From positions 210,001-242,000 of the forward strand of contig CP002278.1 of the NCBI GenBank assembly GCA_000166095.1: a stretch of 32,000 nucleotides of DNA, read 5' to 3'. The position numbers and the translations under genes are program-made. The notes under the pieces were generated by a model. The model had not been told where the DNA came from and ran no database searches. It saw only the letters and a program-made list of their open reading frames with translations. How positions within the stretch are numbered: the stretch's first letter is position 1; every line of letters begins with the position of its first letter. Source of the DNA: Methanothermus fervidus DSM 2088 (GTDB lineage Archaea; Methanobacteriota; Methanobacteria; DSM-2088; Methanothermaceae). Below are positions 26,626 to 32,000 of this stretch, one piece after another.

Positions 26626-27465
26626 ATGAAAATTGAAGAAATCATGAATGATGAGGTAATAGTAGTTCGAGAAAATGACAGTATTTCACGAGCACGAAAT
26701 TTGATGCTAAAGAATGATATAAGTCACCTACCAGTGATCAATGAGGATGAAGAACTTGTTGGAATATTGAGTGAAACAGATATTGCATCTTTGTTAAAAA
26801 TAGGCGGACCTGCATGGAAAAGAAGACCGATAGATAATATATTAGTTAAACGCATAATGACAAAAAATCCTGTGACGGTTTCTCCAAATGAAGATATTAA
26901 AGATGCAGCTGATTTAATGTTAAGAAAAGATATAAGTGCACTTCCTGTAGTTGAAGATGGAAAAATTCTTGGCATCGTTACAAAAACAGATCTTGTAAGA
27001 ATATATAGTGAGAAATTTAAGGGGAGATATAAAGTAGCCGATTTGATGTCAAAAGATGTTGTAACTGTAAATGAAAATACTACATTATCACATGTTGCTA
27101 AATTGTTAGATAAAAACAATATAAGTAGAGTCGTTGTTACAGCTGGCAAAGAACCTATAGGTATTATAACTGCCACTGATATATTATTTGCAAAATTAGA
27201 TAAACCTTCTACTGGAGTTGCCACTGAAAAAATATTTTTTGTACGTGTAAGGCCTTATAAAAAGAAAAAACGTGTTAGATTAATTTCTACACTCACAGCA
27301 GGTGACATAATGACAGACGATCTTATTACTATAAATCAAGATTTTGACTTGTCTAAAGCTGCAAAAATCATGATCAAAAATAAAATAGGATCTTTACCAG
27401 TGATTGATGATGATGGAAAGCTAGTTGGTATAGTAACAAAAACAGATATAATTAGAGCTATATAG
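26626..27465 (+). CDS. CBS-domain protein (two CBS pairs)
   Basis: Four CBS-like segments are present (GILSETDIA, GIVTKTDLV, GIITATDIL, GIVTKTDII). SD GGGTGA lies 4 nt before the ATG. Confidence 0.85.
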   Translation: MKIEEIMNDEVIVVRENDSISRARNLMLKNDISHLPVINEDEELVGILSETDIASLLKIGGPAWKRRPIDNILVKRIMTKNPVTVSPNEDIKDAADLMLRKDISALPVVEDGKILGIVTKTDLVRIYSEKFKGRYKVADLMSKDVVTVNENTTLSHVAKLLDKNNISRVVVTAGKEPIGIITATDILFAKLDKPSTGVATEKIFFVRVRPYKKKKRVRLISTLTAGDIMTDDLITINQDFDLSKAAKIMIKNKIGSLPVIDDDGKLVGIVTKTDIIRAI

Positions 27466-27484
27466 AGTTTTTGAGGGGGTTTTA

Positions 27485-28288
27485 ATGCTAATAAAATACT
27501 TAATGTCCACCAATCCTGTTACAATAAACAAAAATAAAAATATTGCTGAAGCTCTTAAATCTATGGAGAAAAATAAGGTATCTTCCTTGCTTGTTGTAGA
27601 TAATAACAAAAAACTTGTAGGGATTGTGACTGAAAAAGATATAGCAGGTAAATTACTTTCATCTAAATATGAAAATTTACCACCATCTCATATTTATGTA
27701 TCTACAGCTATGACAAAGGATCCTATAACTGTATCTCCAAACATTACGGTAGGTAAAGCTGCTGACATAATGTTAGAAAATAGGATAAGTAATTTACCTG
27801 TCGTTGAAAATGGTGAGTTAGTTGGGATAATAACCAAAACTGATTTGTTGGACGTTTGTAAATGTAAACCTTACCGAGAATTAAAAGTGAAAGACGCCAT
27901 GAGCACTGAAATAATAACTATAGGGCCTACTGACAGTTTATTACATGCTAGACGAATAATGGTTGATACAAGAATTGGAAGATTGCCAGTAATGGACGAT
28001 GATATTTTAGTTGGCATAATTACTGCCAGAGATGTAGCTAAAGCAATAATAGCTTACAGAAAAATCGTTCCAGACAAATATAAATCAAGCAGAATCAGAA
28101 ACTTATTAGTGCAAGATATAATGGTTCAAAATGTACGTACAGTTTCTGCAAATTTAAGTATTTCAGAAGTCACTGAAAAGCTAATTTCTTATGGATTTGG
28201 TGGTTTTCCAGTAATGAATGATGAGTTAGAAGGTTTAATAACAAAAACAGATATATTAGATGTAATTACCGAAATTGAGGGGGTTTAA
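27485..28288 (+). CDS. CBS-domain protein (two CBS pairs)
   Basis: Four CBS-like segments are present (GIVTEKDIA, GIITKTDLL, GIITARDVA, GLITKTDIL). SD GAGGGGG lies 5 nt before the ATG. Confidence 0.85.
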   Translation: MLIKYLMSTNPVTINKNKNIAEALKSMEKNKVSSLLVVDNNKKLVGIVTEKDIAGKLLSSKYENLPPSHIYVSTAMTKDPITVSPNITVGKAADIMLENRISNLPVVENGELVGIITKTDLLDVCKCKPYRELKVKDAMSTEIITIGPTDSLLHARRIMVDTRIGRLPVMDDDILVGIITARDVAKAIIAYRKIVPDKYKSSRIRNLLVQDIMVQNVRTVSANLSISEVTEKLISYGFGGFPVMNDELEGLITKTDILDVITEIEGV

Positions 28289-28327
28289 TTAATAAATTTA
28301 GATACATGTCCATCTTGTAATTCAAAG

Positions 28328-29527
28328 TTGCAAATAGATTGGAATAAAACCTGTGGTTTAAAAAAAGTACATTATGTTTGTCCAAAATGTGGAAATGAAT
28401 TTAAAAAATCATTGCAGAGAATGTTAAAAAAATTTAATCTAGATATAGAACGCATTGAAAAAGGAATAAAAAGTGGAAAAATAAAATTTTATGAATCTCT
28501 TGGGTTTCCCACTTTACATTTTAAAAAAGATGTTGGAAAATTAGAAGCTGGAACAGTAATTTATTTTCACAAAAAAGTAGATATCATAAGAGGCTTTCCC
28601 AAAATACGACGTACACTACTTCTTTCTCCAACTATAGAGAAACATTTTAAGGATTTTGTTGCTGTTGAAGAAAAAATGAATGGTTACAATGTTAGAATAG
28701 CAAAGGTTGGAGAAAAAATTGTGGCATTAACACGTGGGGGCTTTATATGTCCTTTTACAACAAATAAAGTTATGGAACTATTAAATCTTGAAGATTTTTT
28801 TAATGATTTTCCAGACTTAATTGTATGTGGGGAAATGATTGGAACACATAATCCTTATGTACCCCATTATTATCCTGAAGTGGGAAAGTTAGGCTTTAGA
28901 ATTTTTGATATAAGGCGTAAAGTAAGTAATGAAGCACTTTCAGTTTATGAGAAAAATAAATTATTAAAAAAATATAATCTTCCTGGTGTACGGCTTTTTG
29001 GAATCTTTGATGTAGAAGAAGCTCCAAAAAAAATTGAAGAAATAATCAAAGAATTAGAAAAAGAAAATAGAGAAGGTGTAGTGATTAAAGACCCTGAAAT
29101 GAAAATACCTCCAGTTAAATATACTTGTGGACGTGCTCACCATTCAGAACTAAAGTTTGCATTTACGTTTCCTTTTGATTTTGGAAGGCATTTCTTATTT
29201 AGCAGAGTTATTAGAGAAGGTTTCCAATCCTATGAATTTAAGGAATCTAGAGAGGAAATGCGTGAAAGAGCAAAAAGAATTGGAGAATCTATACTTCTAC
29301 CAATGATTGAAACGATAAAAAAAATTGCTGAAAATGGAGTAGCACATGAAGATGTAATTATAGACGTAGAAACAAAAGCTGAAGCCGAAAAATTGATAAG
29401 ACATTTACGTAAACAAGGTGTAATTGCAAAACTAGTTAGTTATAAAGATGGAAAAGCGAAAATAAGGAGAATATATCAATCAACAACAGACAAAATTAAA
29501 CATTACCTTAATGGAGGGCTTTACTAA
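28328..29527 (+). CDS. rnl: ATP-dependent RNA ligase, Rnl3 (Pab1020/MthRnl) family
   Basis: VAVEEKMNGYNVRIAKVGEKIVALTRGGFICPFTT carries the nucleotidyltransferase motif I lysine (KxxG). GEMIG, EGVVIKDP and the C-terminal dimerisation-type region follow. The 5' end is uncertain. Candidates are TTG 28328 (track), ATG 28421 (MLKKFNLDIERIEKG, which matches where I recall homologues starting), or an upstream non-canonical start that would include a zinc ribbon (see finding). Confidence 0.85.
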   Translation: MQIDWNKTCGLKKVHYVCPKCGNEFKKSLQRMLKKFNLDIERIEKGIKSGKIKFYESLGFPTLHFKKDVGKLEAGTVIYFHKKVDIIRGFPKIRRTLLLSPTIEKHFKDFVAVEEKMNGYNVRIAKVGEKIVALTRGGFICPFTTNKVMELLNLEDFFNDFPDLIVCGEMIGTHNPYVPHYYPEVGKLGFRIFDIRRKVSNEALSVYEKNKLLKKYNLPGVRLFGIFDVEEAPKKIEEIIKELEKENREGVVIKDPEMKIPPVKYTCGRAHHSELKFAFTFPFDFGRHFLFSRVIREGFQSYEFKESREEMRERAKRIGESILLPMIETIKKIAENGVAHEDVIIDVETKAEAEKLIRHLRKQGVIAKLVSYKDGKAKIRRIYQSTTDKIKHYLNGGLY

Positions 29528-30367
29528 TTGAAGATTGGATATTTAGGTCCAAAAGGAACTTTTACAGAAGAAGCTGCTATAAAATTAAAAAAATTTGAAA
29601 AATGTAAATTGTTAAGTTTTGATTCCATTGTTGAAGTACTAGACGCTGTAGATAAAAATAAAATTGATAAAGGCGTTGTTCCAATAGAAAATTCGATAGA
29701 AGGGAGTGTAGGTATAACTTTAGATCTTTTGGCCTTTGAATATAACCTCTGTATTTATAGAGAAATAATTATACCAATAAATCATTGCTTAATTACAAAT
29801 AAAGGAGTAAAGCTTAGTGATATAGAAGTTATATGTTCTCATCCTCATTCATTAGCTCAATGTCGTAAATTTATCGAAAAGTTAGGATTAAAAATTCGCT
29901 CTTTTCAAAGTACTGCTGCAGCTGCTAAATTCATAAAAGGAAAATTAAATTATGCAGCAATAGCTCCTAAAAGGGCTGCAAAATTATACAATTTACACGT
30001 AATTCAAGAAAATATACAAGATTACAAAAATAATTTTACAAGATTTATAGTGGTAGCTAAAAGGGATCATGAGTTTACAGGGGATGATAAAACATCGATA
30101 GTTTTTTCACTTGAAGATAAACCAGGACGACTTTATGAAGTTTTAAAAGAATTTGCGAAAAGAAATATAAATTTAACAAAAATAGAATCCAGACCTTTAA
30201 AGTTAGGGCTCGGAAGATACATTTTTTTCTTAGATTTTGAAGGTCATAGAAAAGAAAATAAAATTGTCGACGTATTAGACGCTGTATCCAAAAAAACGCA
30301 TTTTATGAAAATATTAGGCTCATATCCTATTTCAAAAATTTATGAATCTAATTCTTTGAAGAAATAA
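29528..30367 (+). CDS. pheA: Prephenate dehydratase (PDT domain plus C-terminal ACT domain)
   Basis: MKIGYLGPKGTFTEEAA...PIENSIEGSV...NFTRFIVV...GRLYEVLKEFAKRNINLTKIESRP identifies the enzyme. The TTG start abuts the rnl stop, with GGAGGG 9 nt upstream. Confidence 0.9.
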   Translation: MKIGYLGPKGTFTEEAAIKLKKFEKCKLLSFDSIVEVLDAVDKNKIDKGVVPIENSIEGSVGITLDLLAFEYNLCIYREIIIPINHCLITNKGVKLSDIEVICSHPHSLAQCRKFIEKLGLKIRSFQSTAAAAKFIKGKLNYAAIAPKRAAKLYNLHVIQENIQDYKNNFTRFIVVAKRDHEFTGDDKTSIVFSLEDKPGRLYEVLKEFAKRNINLTKIESRPLKLGLGRYIFFLDFEGHRKENKIVDVLDAVSKKTHFMKILGSYPISKIYESNSLKK

Positions 30368-30428
30368 ATGTTATGCAAAATTCAAAATCGAAAAGTATAT
30401 ACATAGCAACTCGTATGAATAAAATATC

Positions 30429-31166
30429 ATGATGAAAATAATTGAAGAGTTAATAAGGATAACCAAAAAATATCCTGTGGAAGATGTTCGAGTTGGAGTC
30501 TCTTGGACTGCTGTATTGAGTAAATATTGCGGAGTTGCAAACACTTTTAGCATGTTTAATATACATGGAAATTACACAAAAGATTGGGGTAAATTAACAG
30601 AAAAAGATACGAGAGAATTGGCAGAATACGTTAAATCTTGGAATTTAATTGAAGCTAGCATTGGAGTTGCAGCTATAAACTCTACTATAAAACCCAAAGG
30701 TAAGAAAAACATAAACATGTTAGAGTTGTTACCAGAAATTTCAAAAAATAAAAAAGTGACTATGATTGGTAGATTTCCAAAAGTTGATGCAATTAAAGAA
30801 GTTTCAAAAGAGTTTTGGATTTTAGAAATAAATCCTTTTTTAGTGAACCCTAAGCATAATATTTTTCCTGAATTTGCTGCAGAACAATTAATTCCAAAAA
30901 GTGATGTACTCATTATTACATCTTCAACTATAATCAACAAAACTATTGATAGGTATTTAAAACTTGTAAATGAAGATAGCTATGTAGTACTTATGGGACC
31001 AACAACACCACTTCATAAAACATTATTTGATTATGGAATTGACATTCTTGCAGGACTTGAAGTGTTAAAACCTAAGGCAATATTAGAAAAAATAAGCCAA
31101 AGTGCTGGCATGATAAGCAGTAGAGTTTGTGAAGGTGAAGTTAGGTATAGGGTTTTGGAAAAATGA
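30429..31166 (+). CDS. DUF4213/DUF364 protein (putative-chelation Rossmann-like family)
   Basis: N-terminal VEDVRVGVSWTAVLSKYCGVANTF and C-terminal KVTMIGRFP...SDVLIITSSTIINKTIDRYL...VVLMGPTTPL...GIDILAG fit the family as I recall it. Confidence 0.65.
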   Translation: MMKIIEELIRITKKYPVEDVRVGVSWTAVLSKYCGVANTFSMFNIHGNYTKDWGKLTEKDTRELAEYVKSWNLIEASIGVAAINSTIKPKGKKNINMLELLPEISKNKKVTMIGRFPKVDAIKEVSKEFWILEINPFLVNPKHNIFPEFAAEQLIPKSDVLIITSSTIINKTIDRYLKLVNEDSYVVLMGPTTPLHKTLFDYGIDILAGLEVLKPKAILEKISQSAGMISSRVCEGEVRYRVLEK

Positions 31167-31870
31167 AGATAAAAGAAAAAATAAAAAAATATTTGAAAAG
31201 TTTTACTAAAGATTTGTTAGATGAAGAAATAGAGATTAAGGTTGCTAATCCTAATTTAGATACTAAAAAAATAAAAGATTATCCACTGGTTAAAGGAAAA
31301 GAAATACTTTTGAGAGCGAATTTCAAAGGAAATTTTGGTGATTGCTTTACAAATTCACCAACAGTGTTTAAAGGTAAAATAAAAGATATATTAAAACATG
31401 AAAATATATCATGTCAAATTGCATGTTTAAACGCTGTTATGAGATACTATGGAATTATAGAAAATACTAGGCATTGTACTTCAAATTATCCTGAAAAATG
31501 TGCCAAAAAATTTGTAGAATATGTAAAAGATAATTTTTCTCCTGAAAAAGTTGGCATTATAGGATTTCAACCTGCTTTTGTAAGAGAATTTTCTAATGAA
31601 TTTGATAAAATATTCGTAACTGATTTAAATCCTGAAAATGTTGGAAGTGTGAAATATGGAATAAAAGTTTTAGATGCTAAATACAACCCAGAAATTATAA
31701 AATGTTGCGATGTCGTGCTCATAACAGGGTCTACTATCGCAAATAATACATTTAACAAGATATATGAAAAATGTAAAAAATACAAAACCAATTATATATT
31801 TTATGGTACTACAATAGCAGGAATAGCACATCTATTAAAATTAGATAGATTTTGCCCATTCAGCGATTAA
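31163..31870 (+). CDS. Second DUF364-like Rossmann-domain protein (divergent paralogue)
   Basis: KVGIIGFQPAFV...CDVVLITGSTIANNTFNKIY...IFYGTTIAG parallels the C-terminal half of the preceding gene. The N-terminal half is Cys-rich. It has an ATGA overlap with the upstream gene. Confidence 0.5.
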   Translation: MKIKEKIKKYLKSFTKDLLDEEIEIKVANPNLDTKKIKDYPLVKGKEILLRANFKGNFGDCFTNSPTVFKGKIKDILKHENISCQIACLNAVMRYYGIIENTRHCTSNYPEKCAKKFVEYVKDNFSPEKVGIIGFQPAFVREFSNEFDKIFVTDLNPENVGSVKYGIKVLDAKYNPEIIKCCDVVLITGSTIANNTFNKIYEKCKKYKTNYIFYGTTIAGIAHLLKLDRFCPFSD

Positions 31871-31904
31871 TTTATATTAATAGTTGGTTTTTAAAGTTAA
31901 ATGT

Positions 31905-32000
31905 ATGGAACTAATTACAATAATTGCAATATTTGTAAGTCTTTATATGGCATTTACAATTTCAGCTAATGATATCGGAAATTCGGTGGGTACGGTAGTT
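31905..32000 (+). CDS. PiT-family inorganic phosphate (or sulfate) transporter, first 32 codons (runs off the right edge)
   Basis: MELITIIAIFVSLYMAFTISANDIGNSVGTVV contains the PiT signature GANDxxNxxGT in the first TM region. It is absent from the ORF track because it has no stop in the window. Confidence 0.7.
   Translation, partial: MELITIIAIFVSLYMAFTISANDIGNSVGTVV

Noticed and set aside
24218-27224. Long antisense ORFs opposite the CBS genes (24218..24487, 24807..25136, 25604..26011, 26195..26524 and 26724..27224, up to 166 aa). Similar shadows lie opposite other genes (636..953, 3205..3417, 9432..9752, 16917..17315, 19102..19422, 21726..22031, 30572..30940).
   Set aside because: Their translations are low-complexity S/T/F/I/L-rich strings with no motifs and no SD. 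This is what the reverse complement of K/E/D/I-rich sense codons produces. The sense-strand genes have clear family signatures.
1-32000. A search for tRNA, rRNA, SRP or RNase P RNA genes as GC-rich islands of 70 nt or more in the AT-rich background.
   Set aside because: The only non-coding GC-rich islands are the two guide segments of about 13 nt at 16521..16587. No cloverleaf-sized or larger GC-rich block is visible. By-eye scanning could miss AT-rich structured RNAs.

Overview
This is an AT-rich (about one-third G+C by eye), very gene-dense archaeal chromosome segment. I infer Methanobacteriales, most likely Methanothermus fervidus or a very close relative. No database search was possible, so family names and literature facts come from memory. 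Four things support the call. (1) ORF 13489..15270 matches what I recall of the published M. fervidus S-layer glycoprotein precursor: 593 aa, a 22-aa leader and 20 sequons. (2) The family-B DNA polymerase is split, with a free-standing 223-aa C-terminal piece as in Methanothermobacter. (3) A TfrB-type thiol:fumarate reductase subunit is present. (4) The proteins are K/E/I-rich, as in hyperthermophiles. I support about 34 protein genes. They include wecB (partial), a DUF460 nuclease-like gene, truA, an EamA transporter, and a three-gene envelope cluster (secreted tandem FmdE-like glycoprotein, DUF1002 protein, polytopic membrane protein). Next come rps8e, the polB C-terminal piece, a HAD hydrolase, an AAA+ ATPase, a macro-domain protein, slgA and a GT4 glycosyltransferase. 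A roughly 15-kb same-strand string follows: tfrB, a SPOUT methyltransferase, DUF1512, dcd, glyS, DUF366, queD, queE, five consecutive CBS-domain genes, an Rnl3-type RNA ligase, pheA, two DUF364-type genes and the start of a PiT transporter. On the minus strand at 16489..16597 I also call two abutting box C/D sRNAs, just downstream of an unlisted 54-56 codon membrane ORF. I saw no rRNA, tRNA, CRISPR array, transposase, integrase or prophage genes. Most of the window is conserved housekeeping, and I found no convincing defence island or mobile element. The observations most worth follow-up are: (a) the last CBS gene, a CxxC...CxxC zinc ribbon with no canonical start codon, and the RNA ligase all share one reading frame, separated by a single TAA; (b) the secreted, internally duplicated FmdE-like glycoprotein operon; (c) the tandem C/D sRNAs; (d) the array of five CBS genes; (e) a probable homopolymer frameshift at the 5' end of the DUF460 gene.
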